64,000 nt of DNA, taken from Planctomycetota bacterium. Lineage in GTDB: Bacteria > Planctomycetota > GCA-002687715 > CAIWVZ01. Of the stretch, positions 9,577 to 18,940 are shown in pieces; positions within the stretch are counted from its first letter, which is position 1; each line of letters starts with the position of its first letter. The notes beneath the pieces were generated by a model. That model had not been told where the DNA came from, searched no databases, and was given only the letters and a program-made list of their open reading frames with translations. The translations under genes and the position numbers were made by a program. The stretch is from positions 32,001-96,000 of the forward strand of contig JBGANV010000004.1 in NCBI GenBank assembly GCA_044222185.1. Reading direction: 5' to 3'.

Positions 9577-12111
9577 TCACGTCTTTCGGAACACGATCAC
9601 CCTGGCCGACCGCGCCGGCACAGTGATGTTGAAGGTGGTCGGCCCGTTCAGATTCAGGAACGTGATGGCGGGGAGTCCCGACGCAACGACTTCGCTGCGC
9701 TTGTACTGCCCGGTCGGCAGCCCGTAGTCCGCCGGGTTCACCGTGTATTGGAACGTCTGCGAGCCGGGCGTCGCCCCGGGGGCGAGGTTCGGGATGACGT
9801 CGCCCACGTCCGTCCAGTTCAGGAACATGACGGCGAACGCGTTCAGGTCCGGACGCTTGAACACGGAGGTGAAGGTCAGCGGCGGCTGCGTGTCGTACCC
9901 GACGTACCACGCCCCGTCGGCTCCCGTGACGGCGGCGCCCGGGAGGTTCGCAGTCTTGACGGTCGTGACGGGATCGCGCATGCGTTCGCCGAAGACGACG
10001 TACGCGCGGGCGTCGGTCTGCCTAAGGATCCCCATGTAGTTCTGGATCATCCCGACGTACTGGTTGAACGCCGGTGCCTGGGCGGCGTCCTGCGCCAGGG
10101 TTGCCTGGTTCAGGACCGATCCGGCGTGCGGAAGGCGCCCGCTGAACAGGTACCCGGCGTAGTTCTGGCGCGCGATGAGGATGAACGGGGCGAACTGCGG
10201 AAGCACCTGCGCCGCGTGGTAGTCCATCGGACCCACGGTGCTGGTGAACTGGTAGTCCCGGTACACGGTGTCGAAGAGCGGCGCCATTCGCGTGCGCGGC
10301 TGGCCGTTCACGTCGACCGCGGCGCCGACGTAGTTCCCGTAGACGAGCTCGAAGGACCCGACGAACATCTCCTGCTGACCCTCGGAGATGGTGTAGAAGT
10401 CCGGCACTCCACCCGTCGTCCGCATGGTTCGGCGGAGGTTGTCGACGAGTTGGATCTTCGCGGCACCCTGGGAGCATCCTCCACCCACGGGCTTGGACAC
10501 GGCTGGTGACACCTTCTCGACGGAGTTGTAGGAGACGGCGACGTCGTCGACCGAGTAGGTGTCGAGGTACATGCCGCGGGCGCCCATCCCCGTGAGCGTC
10601 GTCGCCATCGAGAGCGTGTATTCGGACGCGAAGCAGGTCGCCAGGTCGAGCTTGTAGCTGGCGATCGAGACGGACTGCGTCGGGGTGCTGCAACCCACGT
10701 TCGACAGACAGCGCTGGTCCGTGATCGTGTAAGGCAACCCGTTCTCCAGTGTCACCGCGAACGTGGAGACGGGCGCGCCTCCCGTGCCCGGCAGATTGAG
10801 CGAGTTCTGCGCGCCGTTCGCGTTTGCGGAGTACACGTTGTTCAGGAAGTACGGCGCGAACGGGTCACCCAGCGCCTGGATGAACGGGATCGTGGCGAGG
10901 AAGGGCGCCTTCGCAGGCAGCCAGTTGCCCAGATAGGCGTCGAACGCCGAGTCGTCCCACAGGTAGGGGTGCGTGGGGATGGAGTCCACGCCGAAATAGG
11001 CCTTCTTGTCGGCGACGTCGTCGTCCCACCACTGGTACGTCGTCGGGTCGGCGGGCGCGCCGCACTGGGATCCCTGCGGAGTCGAGGTGCAGGCGTCCGG
11101 CGCGACGGAGCCGAACATCTTCGCGTTCTTGATGAGCGACGAGAAGTCCTGGTTCGTGCGCACCGGGCCTCTCGTGGTCCAGGGCTGCAGGACGGCCCAG
11201 CTCCTGTAGAGCCGCGCCGCGTCGAACCACGTTCCGTGAAGCATCCCCAGGACGGCGGGCACTCCGGTGAAGGTCGTCGTCGGAGCGAGTGCCAGGTTGT
11301 TCTCGGGCATGACGCGGACCCGGAAGCGCATGGCCTCGGGGCCGGTCGGGGAGTTGATCCGATGGAGGAAGTACTCCTTGCGCCAGCCGCAGGAATCGCG
11401 GGTCCCGAGGAAGAGCTGACGGGGGTCAGCCTCCGAGCGGTCGTAGTAGCCGAACCACTGCATGCTCAGCGAGCCCGGGTGGACCAGCGCCTGCTCGGGG
11501 GCCGCGTCGGCCGGGATCGTCGCGTTGTGCATCGGGTCCGGGAACATCCATCCGCCCGCGAAGGGATACGAAAGCACCTGGTTCGCAGGGCTCGTCCCTC
11601 GCTCGTCGAATTCGACACGCGGGAAACTCACCGCGTAAAGCGACACGGCCGATGCCGTCGTCGCCTGGACGCCGATCCCGAGGACGACGACCTTCTCTCC
11701 GGCGGGCGCATCGGCCGTCACCGTCACCGAGAATGTGACCCCCGGCGGGAGCAAGGGGGACGTGCACTGGCTCCACGTGACCGAGAGGGACGACCCGCTC
11801 AGTTGATTGATCGCCACCGAGAAGCCGCTCAGGTCGGATGCGCCCAACGTCGTCACCGTCGGGCCCGTGGGGTTGCGGAACTCGAGCTGCCAGAGATTGG
11901 CAGCTCGGAACGTGAACGTTTGCGGCTGCGTCGGCTCGCCGATCGACGTGAATACGAGTCCGTGGCTCGGGTTCGGTGACCAGCTCAGGGAGACGATGCC
12001 GTTCGTGATGGTCCCCTGTGCGGACGCCTGGGGGCCGAGGCCTCCGATCGAGGCCACGGCCAGCAGTGCCGTGACGACGAGGGCTCGATTGCAGAACGAA
12101 TTGGACGCCAT
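9577..12111 (-). CDS. Large secreted protein, DUF6259-like/putative glycoside hydrolase fold
   Basis: RBS AAGGAAAGGAG before ATG 12111 and a signal peptide (...ALVVTALLAVASIGGLGPQASAQ). Motifs HPGSLSMQWFGYYD, GTWFDAARLYRSW and GMYLD. Confidence 0.7.
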   Translation of the reverse strand: MASNSFCNRALVVTALLAVASIGGLGPQASAQGTITNGIVSLSWSPNPSHGLVFTSIGEPTQPQTFTFRAANLWQLEFRNPTGPTVTTLGASDLSGFSVAINQLSGSSLSVTWSQCTSPLLPPGVTFSVTVTADAPAGEKVVVLGIGVQATTASAVSLYAVSFPRVEFDERGTSPANQVLSYPFAGGWMFPDPMHNATIPADAAPEQALVHPGSLSMQWFGYYDRSEADPRQLFLGTRDSCGWRKEYFLHRINSPTGPEAMRFRVRVMPENNLALAPTTTFTGVPAVLGMLHGTWFDAARLYRSWAVLQPWTTRGPVRTNQDFSSLIKNAKMFGSVAPDACTSTPQGSQCGAPADPTTYQWWDDDVADKKAYFGVDSIPTHPYLWDDSAFDAYLGNWLPAKAPFLATIPFIQALGDPFAPYFLNNVYSANANGAQNSLNLPGTGGAPVSTFAVTLENGLPYTITDQRCLSNVGCSTPTQSVSIASYKLDLATCFASEYTLSMATTLTGMGARGMYLDTYSVDDVAVSYNSVEKVSPAVSKPVGGGCSQGAAKIQLVDNLRRTMRTTGGVPDFYTISEGQQEMFVGSFELVYGNYVGAAVDVNGQPRTRMAPLFDTVYRDYQFTSTVGPMDYHAAQVLPQFAPFILIARQNYAGYLFSGRLPHAGSVLNQATLAQDAAQAPAFNQYVGMIQNYMGILRQTDARAYVVFGERMRDPVTTVKTANLPGAAVTGADGAWYVGYDTQPPLTFTSVFKRPDLNAFAVMFLNWTDVGDVIPNLAPGATPGSQTFQYTVNPADYGLPTGQYKRSEVVASGLPAITFLNLNGPTTFNITVPARSARVIVFRKT

Positions 12112-12408
12112 TTGTCGCTCCTTTCCTTGGAGGCGCTTGGCCGCCACGGAGGTCGTGACGACCAGCAGCTCCGCGAAAGGAGGCGACGCTCGCCTGGCGC
12201 CGTGACGGTCGTCCCCGCGATCCACGTGCGGACGGCCGGCCGAGCGGCGTCCGTGCCGCGAGCCGGCGCGTTGCGCTCCAACCGTGTGGCGGGGCGGCAA
12301 TCACGGCCTTGCCATCGGACCTGGCACGTGACGGTCGTGCGTCCCGCGCCGATGGGGGGCGATCACCGCGACGATCGTCGCGCCGAGTCGAGCGCGTTCG
12401 CGCGCCGG

Positions 12409-13860
12409 TCAGTCTTCGACGAGATATCCCTGCGTGCCCGTGAATGCAGACTTCTGGTACGAGGCATTCGCGGGAAGCCCGACGCGGCTCCACCGCGTCA
12501 TCCCGACGAGCGGCGTGAACGCTCGCGGAGGCTCGCCGGGGCCCTCGACCTCCACGGACCACATGTACCGGATCTCGTGATAGATGGGGCCCTCGTCGTC
12601 CGGGCCCGCGGGCACGAACCCGCGAATCTCCTGGCGGGGAAGTGGGTCGGCCGAATAACGCGGTTGCCACAGCCAGGTCTTGCGGAGTGCCCCGAGCACG
12701 GTCGTCTCCGCGCGCCGCTCGCGATCGATCGTCGCGCACGCGCGGAGGAGGTCCTCGCGCCGCAGCGACGTCGAGACCCCCTGAACGCCCTGCCCACCGG
12801 CGAAGTACGCGGGTTTGAGGACTCCGGATTCGAGGGGGATGCCGGCCGCGTCCAGCCGCGCGAGCAGATCCGGCTCGAACAGCTCGATCCGAGGGTGATG
12901 CGCCGCGTTGCCGACCAGGCGGACCTTCGAGAGGACGAAGAAGTCCTGCGGGTGGACGATGAAGGCGGCAGCTCCGCGTTCGATGGACGTCACGAAGATC
13001 GAGCGCAGCCGCTCTTCGTCGAACCCCTGCGTCCGATCGTCCACGAGCTGGTCCAGTTCCGGCGGGATGCACCGGCTCAGCACGTTCTTCGCGACGCGCG
13101 GCCGGTCGAAGGTCACGGTCCGAGGAACCGGTCCCTCGAACAGGACGGCGTTGCGGTAGCGCAGCTCGCCCGTCGCCGGGTCGGGCTCGATGTCGAGCAC
13201 GTCGACGAGCGCCGCACCCAGGAGACGACACCAGAGCAGCATGTCGACGACGGTCGACTGCGTCAGCGGCTTGACCTCCAGGATCACCGTGTCCGCGGGC
13301 GCGTGATCGCCGAGGACGAGTCTTCGCAGGTGGGCCCGATAGGCGTCGAACGATCCGAACCTGCGATCGAGGAAGAACTGCGACTCGGAGAGGCTCGGCA
13401 GGAACCTCGCAAAGGCCGCCAGCTTCGTCGGCTTGAGCAACATGTTGCCGGGAAACGACTGGATCTCGGGGACGTTTCGCACGAGGCGGCCCGATGCGGG
13501 ATCGAAGCTGCGCTGGAAATCGGTGGCGATGAATCGCGGGAAGACGGCCCCGTCCGGGCGGCGGTATCGCTCGGGGATGCCCGACGTGAATTGCTGGAGG
13601 AACGTCGGCGTCGCATACGGCTCGAGGATCGCGCGCATCGCCGCCAGGTCGTCGTCGACGAGCCTGCGCGGCCCCACTCCGGGGCACTCGGCGATGCGCC
13701 ACGGGAAGCGATATCCCGGGTGGATCGACTGCTCGAGCGCTGGAAGGTACTCCGCGCGACGCGGACCCAGCTGCGCGAGACGTTCGAGTTGGCGATCACG
13801 GGCGATCTGGCGGAGATGCGCGTCGTGCGAGGCGCCGCGGAGGTTCGATGGATCCGTCAT
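12409..13860 (-). CDS. Uncharacterised ATP-grasp/glutathionylspermidine-synthase-like ligase
   Basis: Motifs RIAECP, ATDF, PEIQSFP, HPQDFFVLSK, VLKPAYFAGGQGV, LWQ and HEIRYM follow the order expected for circularly permuted ATP-grasp-like proteins. Confidence 0.55.
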   Translation of the reverse strand: MTDPSNLRGASHDAHLRQIARDRQLERLAQLGPRRAEYLPALEQSIHPGYRFPWRIAECPGVGPRRLVDDDLAAMRAILEPYATPTFLQQFTSGIPERYRRPDGAVFPRFIATDFQRSFDPASGRLVRNVPEIQSFPGNMLLKPTKLAAFARFLPSLSESQFFLDRRFGSFDAYRAHLRRLVLGDHAPADTVILEVKPLTQSTVVDMLLWCRLLGAALVDVLDIEPDPATGELRYRNAVLFEGPVPRTVTFDRPRVAKNVLSRCIPPELDQLVDDRTQGFDEERLRSIFVTSIERGAAAFIVHPQDFFVLSKVRLVGNAAHHPRIELFEPDLLARLDAAGIPLESGVLKPAYFAGGQGVQGVSTSLRREDLLRACATIDRERRAETTVLGALRKTWLWQPRYSADPLPRQEIRGFVPAGPDDEGPIYHEIRYMWSVEVEGPGEPPRAFTPLVGMTRWSRVGLPANASYQKSAFTGTQGYLVED

Positions 13861-13920
13861 GTTGGTGGCGGCGCCCAACATAACCGCAACCCGAAAGTGA
13901 TGCGGCGCAGCCGCCGGCGG

Positions 13921-16527
13921 TCACGGTCGCAGCGCGTGTTCGATCTCGCGGCGAAGTCGGGGATCGGGGGCAAGGCGGAGAGCGGAGGCGAGGTCCGCGG
14001 CGGCGCCGTCTTGGGCCCCGATGCGTTTGCGGAAGAGCCCGCGCGACGCGATGGGGCGCGGATCGAGAGGCGCGGCACGGACGGCGGCGTCGAAATCAGC
14101 GAGGGCTTCGTCGGTCCAACCCTGCGTGCCGGCGGAGGAGCGGATCCGCGCCGCCAACTCGCGCAGCAGGGCGCGCTCCACGAGGAGTCCCGCGTCGCCC
14201 GGCTTCAGGTCCAACCCGCGCGCGACGTCTGATCGCGCGCCGGCGATGTGCGTCGCCGCGGCGTCCTCGTCCTTCAGCGACAACGCCCGGTCGGCCAGCA
14301 GGCGGCGAATGAGGCTTCGATTACCGAGCGCGACGGCGTAGCGCGGCTCGGCATCGATCGCTTCCGAGAAGTCGACCTCGGCCCTGCGGCGCTCCTGCGT
14401 CGCTTCGTCGATGCGACCGAGCGCCTCGAGGAGACGCGCGCGTTCCATCCGACAGACGCCGCGGTTGTTCCTGGCACCGACGAGCGTCGGCTCGAGGGTG
14501 ATGGCATTGCCGTTGTCCGCGATCGCCGCGTCCCACGCCGCGAGTGCGCCGTCGCGATCCCCGCGATCGAGGAGCTCGGTCGCGCGGCGCGCTTGTGCGA
14601 CGGCTCGGAGCCCGTGAGCGGACGCATCGCGCGGATCGCGCTCGACAGCGGCGCCGAAGTCGGCGAGCGCGCCGTCAACGTCGGCGAGACGGAGCCGTGC
14701 GCCCGCACGTTCGATCAGCGCCTCGCTGGATTGGTCGCCCCTGGAGACGCGTTGATCCGCCGCCGAGAGTGCGTGCCGCTCCGCAACCCGCTGCATGGCA
14801 TCGCCCGGCGCCCCGGCACCCAGCGGGCCGGGCCAGGCGCCCGACCGAGCGGCGTACGCCGGTCCGAATCCCTGGTGCAGGTCGATCGCGGACATCGCCA
14901 GGTACCACGCCGCATCCGTGTTCCCTTCGAGCACGGCGATGCGCGACAAGGCCACGCGTGCGGCGATGTGGACAGGATCGAGCCGCAGCACTTCCTCCCA
15001 GTGGCGTCGCGCGACGGCGAGGTCGCGTCGGAGGTGCGCCTGCAGCGCGAGGGCTTCCTCTCGAAGACCCTTGCGGAGGTCGCTCCTCGCGTCGGCCACG
15101 ACGGCGAGGTCGTCGAGGGCGCGGCGCCTGCGCGCGGCGAGATCGGGCGGCATGGCCGCGGCGTCGGCGAGGTCGAGACTCGACGTCGATTCCATGACCT
15201 CGTCGAGGACTTGCCCGGCGAGGATCACTCCGCGCTCGAGGCGGGCCGTCACGAGTTCCGGGTCGAGGTCGATTGCCGCGTCCAGGTCGCTCACCGCATC
15301 GGCGCTGAGGCCCAGTCGATCCTCGATCCGAGCACGGAGCAGTCTCGCGTGGGCCACGTCGTGTCGGCGCAGGAACGCGCGGCATGTCGCCAGCCCCGCG
15401 TGGAGCCGATCCCGAGCTACGTCCGTTTCTCCGAGCCTGCGCGCGACGTCCGCATCCCGGATCACGGCGTCGATGGACTCCGATAGCGCGAGAGCCTCGG
15501 CTGACGCCTGCCGTGCCGCGCGTTCGTTCCACAGACCGACCGCGAGCGTTCCGAGGAGGATGGCGGCGATGCCAGCGGCGGCGACGGCGCGTCGATGCCG
15601 CTGACCGAACATCCGCAGGCGATAGGCGAGGGTGGGACGTCGCGCGAGGATCGGCCGCCGTTCGATCCAGCGGTCGAGGTCGTCTGCGAGCGCGCTCGCC
15701 GTCGAGTAGCGACCCTCGCGTTCCTTCGCGAGACACTTCAGCGCGATCGTCTCCAGGTCGCGCGGGGCCGGCCGATCGCCGTGCCGCATGGGCTCGGGTC
15801 GCGCGTCGGCGATCTTGCGCGCCAGCGCGACGAGATCGGGTGCTCGGTGCGGCGGGTGACCGGTGACGACCTCGAAGAGCGTGGCGCCGAGGCCCCAGAC
15901 GTCCGTGCGCGCATCGACGGCCTCCGAGCGTCCCAGGATCTGCTCGGGCGCCATGTACGACGGCGATCCGATCACGTCACCCGAGCGCGACGCGCCCGCG
16001 TCCAGGCCCGAGGCCTTCGCCAGGCCGAAGTCGGTCACGACGGCGCGCGCTCCCTCGACGAGGATGTTGTGCGGCTTCACGTCGCGGTGGACGACTCCCT
16101 GCTCGTGTGCATGGTGCAGCGCGCGTGCGGCATCCCGCACGAATCCGACGGCGGTTCGCAGGTCGCCGAGTGCGGCGCGAGTCAACGGGATCCCGTCCAC
16201 GAAACGCATGGCGATCCACTGCGGCGTCGCCTCGTACACCGCGGCGATCCCCGGATGGTCGAGTCGCGCCGCCGCCTGGGCTTCGCGCACGAATCGCGTC
16301 CGCAACTCGTCCGATCCGCCGAGCGGCATCACGAGCACTTTCAGCGCGACGCGTCGCTGCAGCTCCTCGTCGATCGCCTCGTAGACGACTCCCATGGCGC
16401 CGCGTCCGACTTCCCGAACGAGCGCGTACTTGCCGATCTTCGCGCCGAGCGCCGTGGGATCTTCGAGAAGCGGCTGCGCATCGGCGAGCAGACGTCGCAC
16501 GGCGCTCGCGTTCAGTCGCGTCGTCAC
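13921..16527 (-). CDS. Membrane Ser/Thr protein kinase with multiple TPR repeats
   Basis: GRGAMGVV, VALK, HRDVKPHN, DFG, GSPSYMAPE. One TM helix and TPRs (ARNNRG, ALGNRS). Its GTG start overlaps the ECF stop (GTGA, 16524-16527). Confidence 0.93.
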   Translation of the reverse strand: MTTRLNASAVRRLLADAQPLLEDPTALGAKIGKYALVREVGRGAMGVVYEAIDEELQRRVALKVLVMPLGGSDELRTRFVREAQAAARLDHPGIAAVYEATPQWIAMRFVDGIPLTRAALGDLRTAVGFVRDAARALHHAHEQGVVHRDVKPHNILVEGARAVVTDFGLAKASGLDAGASRSGDVIGSPSYMAPEQILGRSEAVDARTDVWGLGATLFEVVTGHPPHRAPDLVALARKIADARPEPMRHGDRPAPRDLETIALKCLAKEREGRYSTASALADDLDRWIERRPILARRPTLAYRLRMFGQRHRRAVAAAGIAAILLGTLAVGLWNERAARQASAEALALSESIDAVIRDADVARRLGETDVARDRLHAGLATCRAFLRRHDVAHARLLRARIEDRLGLSADAVSDLDAAIDLDPELVTARLERGVILAGQVLDEVMESTSSLDLADAAAMPPDLAARRRRALDDLAVVADARSDLRKGLREEALALQAHLRRDLAVARRHWEEVLRLDPVHIAARVALSRIAVLEGNTDAAWYLAMSAIDLHQGFGPAYAARSGAWPGPLGAGAPGDAMQRVAERHALSAADQRVSRGDQSSEALIERAGARLRLADVDGALADFGAAVERDPRDASAHGLRAVAQARRATELLDRGDRDGALAAWDAAIADNGNAITLEPTLVGARNNRGVCRMERARLLEALGRIDEATQERRRAEVDFSEAIDAEPRYAVALGNRSLIRRLLADRALSLKDEDAAATHIAGARSDVARGLDLKPGDAGLLVERALLRELAARIRSSAGTQGWTDEALADFDAAVRAAPLDPRPIASRGLFRKRIGAQDGAAADLASALRLAPDPRLRREIEHALRP

Positions 16528-17264
16528 GACTCGCCTCCGCCAAGCAGCCAGCGCAGTTCGCGTGTGAGCTCCGCGGGATCGGTCACCGTCTCTCGAACGA
16601 CGTCTCGCAGCTCGTTTCGATACTTCTCCTTCGCGCGTGCGAGCCAGTTGGAAACGTCCGTCGTCGTGATGCCGTGCGACGCCGCGAGTGTGCGGTAGTC
16701 GGTCGCATCACCCTCCTTCAGGAAGTAGTCGCGAAACACGGCGAATTGTCGCGCGCGACCGTCCTGCGCAAGCGCGGCCTCCGTTCGATCGAGCGCGGCG
16801 CGCACGACGGTCGTACGCCAGGCGTCGTCGAGCGCCTCCTCGGGACGTGGCCGCGGGTCCACGGGATCGACGGCCAGTGCGTCGTCACCCGGCGTGTCGA
16901 GCGGGATCGGCGCCGCGCCGCCTCCGCGTTTGCGCGCGCGTGCGCGCCGTGCGGCGTCCGTGTGGAAGTTCCGCAGCCCGGTCTTCAGGAACGCCCGGAA
17001 CCGTCCGCGCGACGGATCCGCCTTCGACGCGAAACCCGTCTCGATCATCCAGAGGAAGAACTCCTGCGCGAGATCTGCCGCATCCGTCGGTCCGGCGACG
17101 GCGCGAAACCAGGCGTGAACCGGTTCCAGGTAGCTGCGCGCAAGGTGCTCCATGGCGCGATCCCGCACCTCTGCCGCGGCCCCCGACTGGGGCGCGATGA
17201 GACTCCACGCGGTCTGCGGGAACAGTCCGCCCGGGGTGGATGAGGATGCGTGGTCGGCGCCCAT
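16524..17264 (-). CDS. ECF-type sigma factor (kinase-associated, N-terminal FPxTxWS type)
   Basis: LFPQTAWSLI, YLEPVHAW, DAADLAQEFF, ADPSRGRFRAFL and a region-4 HTH. ATG at 17264; the longer ORF extension overlaps the opposite-strand gene. Confidence 0.88.
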   Translation of the reverse strand: MGADHASSSTPGGLFPQTAWSLIAPQSGAAAEVRDRAMEHLARSYLEPVHAWFRAVAGPTDAADLAQEFFLWMIETGFASKADPSRGRFRAFLKTGLRNFHTDAARRARARKRGGGAAPIPLDTPGDDALAVDPVDPRPRPEEALDDAWRTTVVRAALDRTEAALAQDGRARQFAVFRDYFLKEGDATDYRTLAASHGITTTDVSNWLARAKEKYRNELRDVVRETVTDPAELTRELRWLLGGGES

Positions 17265-17346
17265 TTTTTTTCCGATGCGGCCGATGAGCCGCGGTGCGGA
17301 TTCCGTAACGGCCCATAGGATAGCCAACCCAGTCCAGGAGAGTCCG

Positions 17347-18618
17347 ATGTCGTTCACGCACGAGCTCGCATGTTTGTCCATGTTGATGGTCGTCGCCGGC
17401 GTGATGCGCGCCGCGCCATCACCGTCGCCGAAGCCCCAGTCGAAGGATCCGCCGACCGCCGAGACCCTGCTCGCCGCCATGGAGGCGAAGCTCGGGCCGG
17501 CAGAGAAGCGGGCGGCCGTGAAGACGCTCGTCGTGAACGGCGCGCTCACAGGGCCCATGCTTCCCGGCAAGGCCACTTTCGAGAGCATCTTCGTCGGGAC
17601 GGACGTCGTCCGCCTGAACTTCACCTATGGCGCCTTCGGGTCGGGGACGTGGGGCACCGACGGCAAGATGTCCTGGAGCACCGATCCAGCCATGGGCGTC
17701 ACGATCCGTCGTGGCGAGGAGCAGGCGCCGGTTCATCACCTGTTCGCGCTGCTCCGGCAGGCGCCGTGGACGGAGCAGTACAAGTCCGCCACCCTCGTCG
17801 GTCCCGACAAGGTCGCCGACGCTCCCGCCTGGAAGCTCTCGATGACGCCGAAGGTCGGAGCGGCCGAGACGTGGTTCATCGATCAGGCCAGCGGGTTGCT
17901 CGCACGGGCCGATCTCTCGCTGCCGAATCCGACGGGCGGAACGCTGCCCATGCGATGGTATTTCGCCGATTGGAAGGACGTCGACGGACTCCTCCGGCCG
18001 CACAAGCGCGTGCAGTCCGTCGCGGGGATGGACCTCACGTATGCGGTCGCGAAGATCGAGACGAACGGGGACGTGAAGCCCGAGCGGTACGCCGTTCCGA
18101 CGGACGTCATGCATGCGGCGATCTTCCCCGCGAAGCGGGCTCCCGTCGCGCCTGACAAGGGCGGCGAATGCGTGAAGGAGGTTGCGGAGTCGCGACCGAC
18201 GGCGACGATCCGGCTGAAGATCAAGCCGAGCGAGGTGAGCAAGACGCTCGCGATCGTTCTGCCCGAAGTGGGCCGGCACATGGCCAAGTGCGGCGCGACG
18301 GCCACGAGTCCACCGTTCTCGCGGTATCACTCGGTCTCGGACGACGAGATCGACATCGAGGCCGGAATCTGCGTGGCCAAACCCATCGAGGCGGGCGGTC
18401 GCGTGAAGGCGTCCGAACTTCCGGGCGGACCTACGGCCATGACCTGGCACGTGGGCCAGTACTCCGATCTCATGAAGACCCACGCGCTTCTGGAGGCCTG
18501 GATGAAGGAGCAGAAGCTGAAGGCGCGCGGTGGAGTGTGGGAGATCTACTGGACCGATCCGGGGCTCGAGCCGGACCCGACCAAGTGGAAGACGCAGCTC
18601 ATCTGCCCGGTGGAATAG
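17347..18618 (+). CDS. Secreted protein: LolA/lipoprotein-sorting-like N-terminal domain fused to a C-terminal GyrI-like small-molecule-binding domain
   Basis: RBS CAGGAGAG and a signal peptide. 'WFIDQASGLL...FADWKDVDGLLRP' in the N-domain; 'PPFSRYH...ELPGG...HVGQYSDL...WEIYWTDPG..PDPTKWKT' in the GyrI-like domain. Confidence 0.75.
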   Translation: MSFTHELACLSMLMVVAGVMRAAPSPSPKPQSKDPPTAETLLAAMEAKLGPAEKRAAVKTLVVNGALTGPMLPGKATFESIFVGTDVVRLNFTYGAFGSGTWGTDGKMSWSTDPAMGVTIRRGEEQAPVHHLFALLRQAPWTEQYKSATLVGPDKVADAPAWKLSMTPKVGAAETWFIDQASGLLARADLSLPNPTGGTLPMRWYFADWKDVDGLLRPHKRVQSVAGMDLTYAVAKIETNGDVKPERYAVPTDVMHAAIFPAKRAPVAPDKGGECVKEVAESRPTATIRLKIKPSEVSKTLAIVLPEVGRHMAKCGATATSPPFSRYHSVSDDEIDIEAGICVAKPIEAGGRVKASELPGGPTAMTWHVGQYSDLMKTHALLEAWMKEQKLKARGGVWEIYWTDPGLEPDPTKWKTQLICPVE

Positions 18619-18666
18619 GGGAGGCGCGCGACGGCTCCGTCAGGTCGTCGGGTTTTCCGGCTTCGA

Positions 18667-18692
18667 TTTCCGTCGGCGCGATGGCGACGGAT
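18667..18692 (+). promoter_or_regulatory. Conserved motif TTTCCG-N13-GACGGAT, copy 1
   Basis: TTTCCG tcggcgcgatggc GACGGAT; here it contains a perfect dyad TCCGTCG-N9-CGACGGA. Confidence 0.55.
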
Positions 18693-18821
18693 GCTCTCCG
18701 TGAGACGACCTCGAGCCGCGGCGGCCGGTCGTCGACGGGTTCTTCGATCGTGCAACGGGGAGCTGCAACGTGACGTGATCGGTGGGTCTGCCCGCCGCGT
18801 CGAAAAAAAACTCAGGCTCGA

Positions 18822-18847
18822 TTTCCGGAAACGGACTCCGGACGGAT
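18822..18847 (+). promoter_or_regulatory. Conserved motif TTTCCG-N13-GACGGAT, copy 2
   Basis: TTTCCG gaaacggactccg GACGGAT, preceded by an A8 tract, about 95 bp upstream of ATG 18941. Confidence 0.6.
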
Positions 18848-18940
18848 TCCGCATCGGCGGGGGCTGCGTACGCGGCGCCGGCAGGGCATGCCTGGTCGCG
18901 TCCGGGCCCCTCGTCTCCCCCGTCCATTCGAGAGAGAGCC

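Noticed and set aside
16524-17624. Long N-terminal extensions in the ORF track (ECF to 17624, astacin to 50341, DUF6259-like to 12300, radical SAM to 40027)
   Set aside because: Extensions overlap opposite-strand genes or promoter regions; internal starts with an RBS, signal peptide or domain boundary fit better.
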